Origin: a virus
Taxonomy: Duplodnaviria > Caudoviricetes
Direction: 5' to 3' (one strand)
Length of the DNA: 54,490 nt
IMG/VR virus record: IMGVR_UViG_3300036861_000394
Coordinates: 1 to 54,490 of that record
Part shown: piece by piece, positions 16,614 to 25,120 of the stretch
How positions within the stretch are numbered: position 1 is the first letter of the stretch
Layout of the letters: each line of letters begins with the position of its first letter
Made by a program: the position numbers and the translations under genes
The notes under the pieces: generated by a model
Database searches by the model: none
Told to the model about the DNA's origin: nothing
What the model saw: only the letters and a program-made list of their open reading frames with translations

Positions 16614-18061
16614 CGCTCGAATGCTCCAAGATCCGGCGCGCCATTCCGAGGGTTGCCGTCGAAGTCGAAGGGCAGCGCGTAGTCGGGATCGGCCCGGTCG
16701 ATCGCCGCGCTGCCGGCGTTGAGGTGGTAGTCGAAACCCGCGCGATCCACGAACAGCGGATCGGCTTCGAGGTTCTGCGTCCCGCAGCTTGTGTAAACAC
16801 CCTGCCCGTCGGAGAAATCGAGGATCAGATGGCCCGACGTATTTCCGCAGCGCGTCGTACTCGTGTCCCAGGCCAGGTTCGTGAATGCGCGGTTCATGCT
16901 CGCCGGGGGATCGGAGCCGGAGCCGTAGAGGCCATAGAGTTCTTGCTGTCCGTTGAGCGAGAAAGCCGAGATGTTGTTGCGGAGCCGCACGCCCGAGCAG
17001 TTGTTCTCGACGTAGATCCCGCGCCCGCCGGCAGTCGAGGCATAGGGAACGTCAACGACCGTGTTGCCGGTCACGATTACGGCGCAGGTCTTGACCGTTG
17101 AGGTGTCGGCGCGAACCTGGATGCCGAAGCCGTGCGGGTCGTGGTAGACGACGTTGTTCGCGACCATCCCCGAGTCGGCCTGGATGTAGAGGCACTGGCG
17201 CTGCGTCGAACCGTTGCCCCAGTCGTGGCAGCGGTTGCCGACGATGTTGATGTTCGTCGCGCCCGGGCCGACGAGGAAAGCGGTGATGTCGTGGCCGGTC
17301 GTCGTGCCCGCGTCGTAGCCCGCAAGGTCGTTGCCGATGACGTCGATATCGTGTGCGCCACCGACCCCGGAGATGTAGAAGGGCTGGCGCCCCGTGCCTG
17401 TCCATAGCGTCGGGGTCGCTTCGATCTTCAGGCCCTTGATGCGCTTGAAGCCGCCGGTTACTCGCAGAATCTCAGAGCTGGAGGCGGCGGCATGGAGGAT
17501 CGCCACGCCCCCGTAGCTCTCAAGCGTGATCGGCTCGGTAGCCGTACCGCTGGATGTCCAGTTCAGATTGACGTCGTAGGTGCCCGCGGTCGCTTCGATC
17601 CGGTTGCCTGCGACCGCCGTATTGATGCCGGTCTGCATCGAGCAGGGAACCGAGAGCGTGCAGGCTGAGCCCGAGCCGAGCGGGGCTACAAAGAGTTGCG
17701 GTCCGGTGGAGTCGGGGAGCAGCGGCGGAAGCGCCTGGCCAATCGGTGGCGGTGGAGGAGGTGGCGGTGGAGCAGGCGGAGGCGGTGGAACGGGGGGCGG
17801 GGGTGGAGGAGGCGGGGGTGGTATTGGCGGAGGTGGTGGAGGAGGGGGCGGTACTGGTTCGGTCTCACAGGCGCTCACCTCGTGGATAGCGGTGTGGATC
17901 TTGCTCAGCCGCGTACTCGGCGACCCGGACGAATGCCATGCCGTCTCGATGTTGGCGATCTTCTGGAGACAGGCGGCGTGAATCGGGTCGTGGTTCGCCG
18001 AGGCCGTGGGAAGGAAGACGAGCAGGGCGGCGCAGGCCGCGAGGGCGAGTATGAGACGCAA
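16610..18061 (-). CDS. Secreted right-handed beta-helix (pectin-lyase-fold) protein with poly-Pro linker
   Basis: Signal peptide MRLILALAACAALLVFLPTASA; Pro run; PbH1-like Asn repeats; C-terminal DYHL..GS.AID...DFDGNPR...PDLGAFE. Confidence 0.85.
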   Translation of the reverse strand: MRLILALAACAALLVFLPTASANHDPIHAACLQKIANIETAWHSSGSPSTRLSKIHTAIHEVSACETEPVPPPPPPPPPIPPPPPPPPPPVPPPPPAPPPPPPPPPIGQALPPLLPDSTGPQLFVAPLGSGSACTLSVPCSMQTGINTAVAGNRIEATAGTYDVNLNWTSSGTATEPITLESYGGVAILHAAASSSEILRVTGGFKRIKGLKIEATPTLWTGTGRQPFYISGVGGAHDIDVIGNDLAGYDAGTTTGHDITAFLVGPGATNINIVGNRCHDWGNGSTQRQCLYIQADSGMVANNVVYHDPHGFGIQVRADTSTVKTCAVIVTGNTVVDVPYASTAGGRGIYVENNCSGVRLRNNISAFSLNGQQELYGLYGSGSDPPASMNRAFTNLAWDTSTTRCGNTSGHLILDFSDGQGVYTSCGTQNLEADPLFVDRAGFDYHLNAGSAAIDRADPDYALPFDFDGNPRNGAPDLGAFER

Positions 18062-18070
18062 ATGGGCTCC

Positions 18071-18205
18071 TTAGGGGTTTCGGCGCTCGACGACCCAGCG
18101 GTACCACTCGGCGCCGGAAACGCGGGCACGTTCGAGGTCTCGCATCAGCAGAGCCAGGATGCGGCGCCGCTCAGCGCGCTTGTGGTCAGGCCGGGGTCGA
18201 TCCAC
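18071..18205 (-). CDS. Hypothetical protein (44 aa)
   Basis: Hand-translated; fills the gap and abuts the upstream ORF. Confidence 0.45.
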   Translation of the reverse strand: MDRPRPDHKRAERRRILALLMRDLERARVSGAEWYRWVVERRNP

Positions 18206-18376
18206 TTAGGCGGTTCGCTCGATCAGAGCGTGTGCGTAATCGGCTTCGCGTAGTGCCAACTCTGCGCGCGGACGCTTCGACGACTCATAGCCGCAGGAAC
18301 AGACGACCATGAACTCCTGATCGCCGACTGCCTCCACCTTCTGCTCGTGGACCTTGCGCTTCTTTCCGTCTGGCAC
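18206..18376 (-). CDS. Hypothetical protein (56 aa) with H...CSCG...H motif
   Basis: GTG overlaps the portal stop codon. Confidence 0.55.
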   Translation of the reverse strand: MPDGKKRKVHEQKVEAVGDQEFMVVCSCGYESSKRPRAELALREADYAHALIERTA

Positions 18377-19815
18377 TAGCTCTCCTGTGGGGGTGGCGTA
18401 TCGGTCTGCTGGGCTGGCTGCGGATCTCCGGGCTGCCGCTCTTGCTCGATCGGGGGCAGCGGCTCGGGGGCTAGCTGCTCCTCTGCGTCATCGTCCTCAT
18501 CGGGCGCGCCGATTGCCTCGCGCGCAAACTCGCGCAGCGACTTGTCTGGTAGCACGGCCGCCGAGGCGACGAGCTTCGAGAGCGAGTCCGCAAACTCGGT
18601 CAGGTTGCGAGACTCGATGTCGTGGGCGACGAGCTTCGGGTATCGCTCGGCCGTGTAGTTGGCATCGACCAGGCGACGAATCTGATCGTCGTGCGAGTCA
18701 CCGATCTGGCGCGCGACCGCGTGCAGCGCGTCGTACCAGACCTCGGACTGCACATCTCCGGTTGCCCGGGCACCTGTCGACCCATGGCCGAGCTCGGCAA
18801 AGCGCGCGAGCACGTTGCCCTTGATCTCGCCGCGGCAGTATTCGAGCAGGTCGGTGAAGTCGGGGACGCCACCCGACGGGGAGGCGATCTCGAAGGTGAA
18901 GCCCTCGCCGCCGATCGTGCCGAGCGCCTTGGGGCCGGGGAAGACGAGATAGTTGAACTCGCCGGAACGGAGATTCTGAAGCATCTCCTCGATCCGGTCC
19001 ATCAGGGCGTCGTCATCCTTGGCCGATGTGGGGACGTAGGCGACCGGCGTCCCGACTCCGTGCCGCTCGACGGCAACGAGCGCCACCTTCTCGGTTAGCT
19101 CCTTCATCACCCATGCCTTGTAGGCGGAACGCAGGAGGCTGATCCCGGTTAGGTCGTCTCCCTCGCGCTCGTGGGTATAGACGAGGAGGGTCTCGGCGGG
19201 GATCTCGATGTTCTCGTAGTTCCCGTCTTTGTAGACCCTCTGGGTAATCGCGACCAACTCGCCGTCTTCGACGTTCCACTTGTAGATCGTCTCGGGAAGC
19301 CGTTGAGCGAAACGGCGCAGGGTCAAGAACTGGCGACGGGGGAGCTTGCGCGGCGTGCCGTCCGGCTCCTCTACCTCCAGCTCGTCCTCGACGACTTGCT
19401 CAACGCGCTCGAAGACCTGATGCCCGAAGGTGAGAAAGAGAAGAGCCTGGGTTAGGTGCTCGAGGAAGGGCTGCGCCGGCCACTCGAAGTACGAGCGGCG
19501 CACGAACTCCGCGACCTCCAGGTCTTCCGGTTCGTCGGAGGCTGCCTCGATCTCCCAGGTCGCGTTGCGGATCGGGGCGACGATGTGCTGGAGCGCCTCA
19601 CGGACCGAGGCATCCGATCGGCGCATCCTGTCGAAGATGCGGATAGCCGCTTGCCCACGCAGGTCGTTGTTGTACTCGGCCTGAACGAGCAGCCCGTCTT
19701 GGAGGATCGTCCCCGAGGCTCCACGCTCACGGCGGGGCTGCGGTATCTCGGCAGCGCGGATGCGCCCGATCTCGATGGGTCCGATCTTCAAGGGCGCTCC
19801 TATAGCTAGGGCCAA
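18376..19815 (-). CDS. Portal protein (DUF935 / Mu gp29-like)
   Basis: M.RSD..V, AL.FG...FE, G.SLLRSAY..W..K, ER.G.G.P motifs; downstream of terL. Confidence 0.9.
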   Translation of the reverse strand: MALAIGAPLKIGPIEIGRIRAAEIPQPRRERGASGTILQDGLLVQAEYNNDLRGQAAIRIFDRMRRSDASVREALQHIVAPIRNATWEIEAASDEPEDLEVAEFVRRSYFEWPAQPFLEHLTQALLFLTFGHQVFERVEQVVEDELEVEEPDGTPRKLPRRQFLTLRRFAQRLPETIYKWNVEDGELVAITQRVYKDGNYENIEIPAETLLVYTHEREGDDLTGISLLRSAYKAWVMKELTEKVALVAVERHGVGTPVAYVPTSAKDDDALMDRIEEMLQNLRSGEFNYLVFPGPKALGTIGGEGFTFEIASPSGGVPDFTDLLEYCRGEIKGNVLARFAELGHGSTGARATGDVQSEVWYDALHAVARQIGDSHDDQIRRLVDANYTAERYPKLVAHDIESRNLTEFADSLSKLVASAAVLPDKSLREFAREAIGAPDEDDDAEEQLAPEPLPPIEQERQPGDPQPAQQTDTPPPQES

Positions 19816-20375
19816 ATACCGTCCCCGGCCGTCAAATCCCAGACACCATCCGGCGCGCAGCGCTGCGAATCGCGATAACGGGGCACTTCACGAATGAGTC
19901 GCCGATGATCCCGGTAGGCATAGCCAAGAACGAGCGCCGTCCAGCGAGCATCGAAGGGGCCGAACAGGCTCATCATCTCGTCGACCTGCTGGAAGGCGAG
20001 GCATTCGGTCTTCGCCTCGTTGGCCGTGCCGCGCTGATGGATCGCCTCATGGGTGAGAATGATGAGGCCGATTCCCTGCCGGACGGGCGTGACCTCCACC
20101 TGTCCCGACATCGCGCGGAGCGGGCTACAGAAGTGATCCTCGATCCAGACCGTATTGAGCCACCCGGACGAGGCTCCGCCACCCAATCCCCTGACGCAGG
20201 AAACCGTGACCGGGTGTCCGACGTAGCGGGTAGCTATTGCGCCTAACGTCGGACTCGGCCCATCGGCGGCAGCGGAGGCCGCGAAGACGAGGGCGAGCAG
20301 ATGCCCGCAGACGATGCAGCGCCAGGGCGGCGCTTTGCGGATCGGCCAGTGGCCGCGTAGTAGGCGGTGGATCAT
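19806..20375 (-). CDS. Exported HExxH zinc-metallopeptidase-like protein
   Basis: Hydrophobic LLALVFAASAAA segment; LTHEAIH...NEAKTEC. Confidence 0.65.
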   Translation of the reverse strand: MIHRLLRGHWPIRKAPPWRCIVCGHLLALVFAASAAADGPSPTLGAIATRYVGHPVTVSCVRGLGGGASSGWLNTVWIEDHFCSPLRAMSGQVEVTPVRQGIGLIILTHEAIHQRGTANEAKTECLAFQQVDEMMSLFGPFDARWTALVLGYAYRDHRRLIREVPRYRDSQRCAPDGVWDLTAGDGIWP

Positions 20376-20518
20376 CGGCGCCTGCCCTTCCGCCTCCGCC
20401 CTTGCGGCTTTGGGAACTCGCAGGTCCGGCATTGGACGACGCGCCCATCCGCGCTCACCCAGCCATGTCGCTTCGGTCCGGGCAGCTTGCCGCGACAGCG
20501 GCCCATGCATCGCCTCAT
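20372..20518 (-). CDS. Small basic Cys-containing protein
   Basis: Hand-translated MRRCMGRCRG...QCRTCEFPK...; ATGA overlaps at both ends. Confidence 0.5.
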   Translation of the reverse strand: MRRCMGRCRGKLPGPKRHGWVSADGRVVQCRTCEFPKPQGRRRKGRRR

Positions 20519-20682
20519 TGAGCGGCGATCACGCAGGCGAGGCAGCAGTACTCTCGCTCCTCATCGCCGACGAGGTGGAGGAACCAGCCTGCTTCGCGCC
20601 ATTCGTTCTCGGGATCGTCGCCGTTGAATGTCTCGCTGGCCGTGCACCATTCGCAGGTCGCCGTGATCGAAGCGATGGCCAC
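20515..20682 (-). CDS. Small Zn-binding protein
   Basis: CEWC...GW...YCCLAC. Confidence 0.55.
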   Translation of the reverse strand: MAIASITATCEWCTASETFNGDDPENEWREAGWFLHLVGDEEREYCCLACVIAAQ

Positions 20683-20879
20683 TAGAATCCGAGATCCCGC
20701 CGTGGCCGACGCCGCTCGAATGTGATCGCCTCGTCCATGTAGATCTCGCCCTTGCGAAGCGTGACTGTTAGATCGCTCTCGGCCGGGAGCCACATCTCGG
20801 GCAGCTCGGCATCTGGCGGCTCGGCGACGTCGCTTGCATCGGGGGCGGCTTCGATCTCGCTCACGTCTTCGTCGGGCAT
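20682..20879 (-). CDS. Acidic hypothetical protein
   Basis: SD AAGGAG before the ATG of MPDEDV. Confidence 0.55.
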   Translation of the reverse strand: MPDEDVSEIEAAPDASDVAEPPDAELPEMWLPAESDLTVTLRKGEIYMDEAITFERRRPRRDLGF

Positions 20880-21131
20880 GTCGGCTCCTTGTGGGGCTTC
20901 ACCCTTGACCAAGTTCCCGGTCCGCCCCAGGGACGATCTCTAGCTTCGATCCGCCCAAATACCGAGATACTTCCCAGCAACCATGAGACTCGCCAGCACA
21001 CATGGTCAAATCGCGTGTCATCCCTCATATCGGACTCCTCTCAGGCGCGCTTGCCACGGCCCCCTCCATCTGCCGTGACGTGACAGCCTCCGAACTCAAG
21101 AGCTCTGGTGGGACTGTCTCCCTCTCTAAAG

Positions 21132-21203
21132 GGGGTCGCCCGGGACTTGCATCCGGCTCCACGGGTCCACAACCCGAGGGCTCGCTGCCTAGCCTTGCGA
21201 CCC
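21132..21203 (-). tRNA. tRNA-His(GTG)-like gene, degenerate
   Basis: Acceptor GGGTCGC/GCGACCC plus C73; D stem GGCT/AGCC; anticodon arm CGGG-TTGTGGA-CCCG; T arm CCGG..TGCAAGT..CCGG; no encoded G-1 or CCA. Confidence 0.65.
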
Positions 21204-21214
21204 GTTAGAAAACC

Positions 21215-22750
21215 TTAGAAAACCTTTTCCTGAATCCCCGCCGAGATCGCGCGGGCCGACTCCGGTCGTTCTTTGTCACCGTTCTGAGATCCGCCCCACT
21301 CCCGCGGCATTCGCAGAAGGGCCTGGCTCATCGCATCGACTTGGTCGTCATGCGTGGCGTTCGGGAACGCCGCCGCCTCGTCGATTAGCTCTTGCACCCA
21401 GGATGGTGTTCGTCCTGAATCGGGACCCTGGCCGTCCGCGGCCGCATGACCAGGAACGTAGACCTGCCCGGCCTCTAGCTGTGGTGCGATCGCATGGGCG
21501 CGCTGAGTCTTGTCGCCCTTGACGACGGCGGGGATGATTCCCTGAATCTCGTTCCGCATTGAGGCAATGATCTCCGGCCCGTTGGCCGAGTTCTCGACGA
21601 GAACCGAGTGGGGGATATTGGGCAGATAAGCACGCGCCCACTGGCACATCTGCCGTATCTGTGTCTTCGTCTCGGGAAGATCGAAGCGTCCGCGCACCGA
21701 GCGGAGCAGGTAGCGGTTCGCGCCGATCCCGCCCCAGAGCTGGCCGACGACGTAGTCCGAGGTCTGCTTGTCCTTGAAGGCCGTGTCCCAGGAGGAGACG
21801 AGCCGCTGCGGGACGATGCGCGAGAAATCAGGCTCCGAGACTGTGGCCGGGTCGAAGTAGCGCCACCAGGCCCGCTTGAGGATGCCGCCCTCGGCCGGCG
21901 CGGGAAGCTGCTGGTACTGGCCCGCATAGCCGTAGGAGCCGAGGTCGATCTTGACCGACGCGATCTCGGGGTCGCCCTCGCGATCGGGCCAGAGTAGCTC
22001 CCCCGGCTCTGACCGGCGGTCTGCGGGCCAGACGAAGGGATGGGAAGGGCTGAACTCGGCCGGGAGGCAGAGATGCTCCCAGCCCCGCTCCTTGGCGAGC
22101 AGATGCCCCGTTACGTCGTCCTCGTGGAGCCGCTGCATGATGACGACGATAGCGCCGGTTCGCTTGTCATCGAGGCGCGAGGCGAGCTTCTGGTCGAAGA
22201 GGCGATTGGCCTTCTCGCGCTCGATGTCGGAGAGGGCCTGCTCGGGATCGAGCGGGTCATCGACGACGAGGATATCGCCGCCCTTGCCAGTCGCGGTGCC
22301 GCCGAGCGAGGTCGCGACCATGTGCCCGCGCTGATCGTTCAGGAACTCAGTCTTGACGTTCTGGTCGGAGGCGAGGGTGAAGCGGTCGCCCCATCGTTCC
22401 TGGAACCAGTCCGACTGAATAACCGTGCGTCGATCGACCGAATGCTTGGTTGCAAGTGACTGCGAATAGCTTGCGAAGATCCAGCGCGACTCGGGCCGAT
22501 GCGTCCAGGTCCAGGTTGGCCACATGACCGATACGCAGATCGATTTCATGTAGCGGGGCGGGATGTTGACGATCAGGCGGAGCAACTCGCCGCGCGAGAC
22601 GGCCTCCAAGTGCTCGGCGATTACGTCGATGTGCCAGTTCCGCAGATACTCGGTTGTCGGCTCTAGCACCGGCCAGGCGCGGGGGATGTAATCGGCGAGT
22701 GCGCGCTCGCAGAGCTCGGCCTCGACCTCGGCCAATGTCAGGTCAGACAC
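21215..22750 (-). CDS. terL: Terminase large subunit
   Basis: NIPPRYMKS Walker A variant, TGKGGDILVVDDP, QRLHEDD, SWDTA...SDY, FPN..HDDQVDA; GTG 22750 overlaps the terS end. Confidence 0.95.
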   Translation of the reverse strand: MSDLTLAEVEAELCERALADYIPRAWPVLEPTTEYLRNWHIDVIAEHLEAVSRGELLRLIVNIPPRYMKSICVSVMWPTWTWTHRPESRWIFASYSQSLATKHSVDRRTVIQSDWFQERWGDRFTLASDQNVKTEFLNDQRGHMVATSLGGTATGKGGDILVVDDPLDPEQALSDIEREKANRLFDQKLASRLDDKRTGAIVVIMQRLHEDDVTGHLLAKERGWEHLCLPAEFSPSHPFVWPADRRSEPGELLWPDREGDPEIASVKIDLGSYGYAGQYQQLPAPAEGGILKRAWWRYFDPATVSEPDFSRIVPQRLVSSWDTAFKDKQTSDYVVGQLWGGIGANRYLLRSVRGRFDLPETKTQIRQMCQWARAYLPNIPHSVLVENSANGPEIIASMRNEIQGIIPAVVKGDKTQRAHAIAPQLEAGQVYVPGHAAADGQGPDSGRTPSWVQELIDEAAAFPNATHDDQVDAMSQALLRMPREWGGSQNGDKERPESARAISAGIQEKVF

Positions 22751-23150
22751 GCTCGGCTTTGGCCAGCAGCCTTTCCAGGTCGCGCAGCTCATCCTCGGAG
22801 AGATTGGCGAGGCGCCGGGTGCGCGGGACCCTGACCTCGTGCTCGACCTTCGCGTTCCGGCGATAGAGATCGGAGCGGCGCGCGTTGAGGACGGCGCAGG
22901 CGGAGGCGACACGGGCTGCGTTCGGAGTCTCGCGCCCAACGGCCATGTCCAAGAGTGACTGCTCGACCATGTCCAGGCCCGATTGGTACGCGTCCGCATA
23001 GGCGACGGCAAACTTCTCGTCCTCCTGGCGGAGTCGTAGGATCGAGCGACGGGATGTAGCTGCGGCTCGTGCGGCCTTTTCGGGCGAGTTGCCATCGCGC
23101 AAGTGCTGGAGGAAGACCTCGCGCTGGTCGGTGGTAATCTTGCTAGCCAC
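22743..23150 (-). CDS. terS: Terminase small subunit
   Basis: N-terminal HTH (FL..L..G.S...AA.AA..SR), D..F; LSEDEL tail; directly upstream of terL. Confidence 0.8.
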   Translation of the reverse strand: MASKITTDQREVFLQHLRDGNSPEKAARAAATSRRSILRLRQEDEKFAVAYADAYQSGLDMVEQSLLDMAVGRETPNAARVASACAVLNARRSDLYRRNAKVEHEVRVPRTRRLANLSEDELRDLERLLAKAERV

Positions 23151-23358
23151 TTCGCTTCTTCGCCTTCTCGATCAGCATGTCCGCAAGCTCGGTCGGCGTG
23201 ATCGACGCCTTGGACGTGCGGGCGACCTTGAGCTCGTACTCGAAGCCTTCGAGCGATGGCGGATACGAGGGTGGATGGATGTGTTTGGACATGCTCGCCC
23301 AGGCTGCGGCGTAGCTCGTTCCCTCGCGGTTGTAGAAGTCGGCTTCAACCAGCGTCAT
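23143..23358 (-). CDS. Hypothetical protein
   Basis: SD AAGGAG; overlaps the terS start. Confidence 0.6.
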   Translation of the reverse strand: MTLVEADFYNREGTSYAAAWASMSKHIHPPSYPPSLEGFEYELKVARTSKASITPTELADMLIEKAKKRSG

Positions 23359-23367
23359 CGGGACTCC

Positions 23368-23681
23368 TTAGCTTCGCCGCGCACTCGCCTGCCCGGTCGC
23401 CTGTTCCCAGGTCAAGCTGGTCATCTCGTCGTGAACTCGCACGGCGTCGCGCCAGGTCTCGAAGCCGCGCTCAAGCACCTCGTAGCCGTCGCTGTCGATG
23501 TCGTCGACCGCGAGCCCGCCGTAGAACTTCTGGCGCAGATCCGAGAACGAGGACGGCTTCGTGCGCTGGCAGACCTCGAACACGATCCGCGGCGAGTAGT
23601 AGCCGCAGGAATCGCGGTCGCCCAGGTAGAGGCCGATCAGGTCCCGCATTGTCGGCGTTGGCGGGGCTGTGGCCTGAGCCA
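23368..23681 (-). CDS. Hypothetical protein
   Basis: Globular 3' part of ORF 23368..23949; start uncertain. Confidence 0.45.
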
Positions 23682-23876
23682 TTGCACCGGCTGCGACTAT
23701 TCCGGGCTCAGACCAGCGCTTGCGTGAGTCGCGCCAGAACACGGCGATACCAAGGAAGACGCCGACCAGTAAGAGCGAGGCCCGTGACGGGGACAAGATG
23801 GGTCTCCTCGCTATAGAGCTGTACGAGGCTGCGCCCGGGCGGTGCCGCAGCATTGCCAATGAAAAAGACGCGAACG

Positions 23877-24185
23877 CTAGGCTGCTGTGGGGAGTTCTTC
23901 GGCATCGGCTTGCTCCCTCTCTTTGATCCGCTTCCTCATATCCGCCCAATACTTCTCGGAGCCAACATATGGCGTCAACACACGAGCGCGGAATTTCTCC
24001 CAGGAGTCAATGCGCCCGTCCATTGATTTCCGGGTCGATTTACCCCACGCGAGGTCATCCTTTGTTGCGACGTCTTCGTTCAACCAATCATCGACAGCAT
24101 CCTGATAGTCGCGGTCGGCCCAGTAGTAGTACGGGTCCTCTCCGGCCTGATTGTCTGACCAGTCCATGTCATCCCACCAAGCCAT
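23877..24185 (-). CDS. Acidic Trp/Asp-rich hypothetical protein
   Basis: TAATG coupling to the upstream gene. Confidence 0.6.
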   Translation of the reverse strand: MAWWDDMDWSDNQAGEDPYYYWADRDYQDAVDDWLNEDVATKDDLAWGKSTRKSMDGRIDSWEKFRARVLTPYVGSEKYWADMRKRIKEREQADAEELPTAA

Positions 24186-24475
24186 TACGCCGCTTCCCTT
24201 TCGGGATCAGCGACGAACATCCCCGCGCGCCGCTTCGCCGCAAGCGTGACCGGAGCATCCTCGGGATCATCGGCGCGAACGAGACCGAGGCCATTGCCGG
24301 GTCGCCCAATCGGATCGAGGCCGCGTGGTTGCCACCACATGCCATACTGCTGCCAGTATTGCCGCGTTCCCCGGTGGCCGCGTGGGCCGAAGGGCGCAGC
24401 GAAACATGTTCGGCAGACCGCATCCACAAACGAGGGGTTGCGAAGCTGCCCACCGCACTTAGTGCAAGCGGACAT
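24185..24475 (-). CDS. Zn-finger hypothetical protein, first gene after the putative late terminator
   Basis: CTKC...CRTC; SD AAGGGAG. Confidence 0.6.
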   Translation of the reverse strand: MSACTKCGGQLRNPSFVDAVCRTCFAAPFGPRGHRGTRQYWQQYGMWWQPRGLDPIGRPGNGLGLVRADDPEDAPVTLAAKRRAGMFVADPEREAA

Positions 24476-24489
24476 GTTGGACTCCCTTG

Positions 24490-24518
24490 AAAAGAAAAGA
24501 ACCGGCCGAAGTCGGTTC
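24490..24518 (-). terminator. Intrinsic terminator (tR'-like)
   Basis: GAACCG-AC-TTCG-GC-CGGTTC followed by a U-rich tract. Confidence 0.7.
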
Positions 24519-24589
24519 GCGGGCAGGACTTTTCAGTACCCTGGCGGAATGTGGATTCCGCAGAAAAGGGCCATAGACCCTCTCCACAA

Positions 24590-24769
24590 CTAGGTTAGCA
24601 GTAATTGCGGTCGGACTGTCAAATCGGACGGGCGCCACTCGGCGGGATAACTCTCGGCGTAGTAGTCGCGGACAATGGCCGGATAGTCCACGATCCGACG
24701 GCAGAACTCGCAGCGCGCAAGCCAGTCATGGGGGAGTGGGATACCGCAGCCGCGACAGCGGGCTATCAA
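24590..24769 (-). CDS. Small Zn-finger protein (59 aa)
   Basis: Hand-translated MIARCRGCG...RCEFCRR...; abuts the HNH stop. Confidence 0.45.
   Translation of the reverse strand: MIARCRGCGIPLPHDWLARCEFCRRIVDYPAIVRDYYAESYPAEWRPSDLTVRPQLLLT
24592..24622 (-). promoter_or_regulatory. Putative late promoter (pR'-like)
   Basis: TTGACA-19 nt-TAACCT with extended TGn. Confidence 0.55.
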
Positions 24770-25120
24770 TCACGCCGCCTCCCGCACAAACCTGAACCGG
24801 AACTGCTTGGGTATCGGATACCGCTCGATGAAGTCCAGATTTCGCGCCGTGTTGCAGGCCCGGCAAGAGCAGGCGAGGTTGTGCGGCTCGTTCGCTCCCC
24901 CGGCAACTAGCGGCCAGGCATGATCGAACGACGCCGCATCTTGGCTCCACGGATCGTCCGGTTGGATCTTCGTGAAGTCGAGAGAGGAGCCGCAATAGAC
25001 GCAGGCCGATCCGTCGCGTTCGATGATCTTCCGAAGATCGAGCCCGGTCACACGACCCGGGATTCCGTGCATCCGAGCGCGGTTGTTCATCCGCCATGCG
25101 CGATTTGACCAGATGCTCAC
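24770..25120 (-). CDS. HNH endonuclease
   Basis: RDG..CVYCG, DH..P...GG.N...NL..SC..CN. Confidence 0.85.
   Translation of the reverse strand: MSIWSNRAWRMNNRARMHGIPGRVTGLDLRKIIERDGSACVYCGSSLDFTKIQPDDPWSQDAASFDHAWPLVAGGANEPHNLACSCRACNTARNLDFIERYPIPKQFRFRFVREAA

Noticed and set aside
17580-17981. Gly-rich plus-strand ORF
   Set aside because: It is the antisense shadow of the poly-Pro linker
22751-23095. N-terminal extension of terL in the ORF track
   Set aside because: It is an off-frame reading of terS; terL more plausibly starts at GTG 22750
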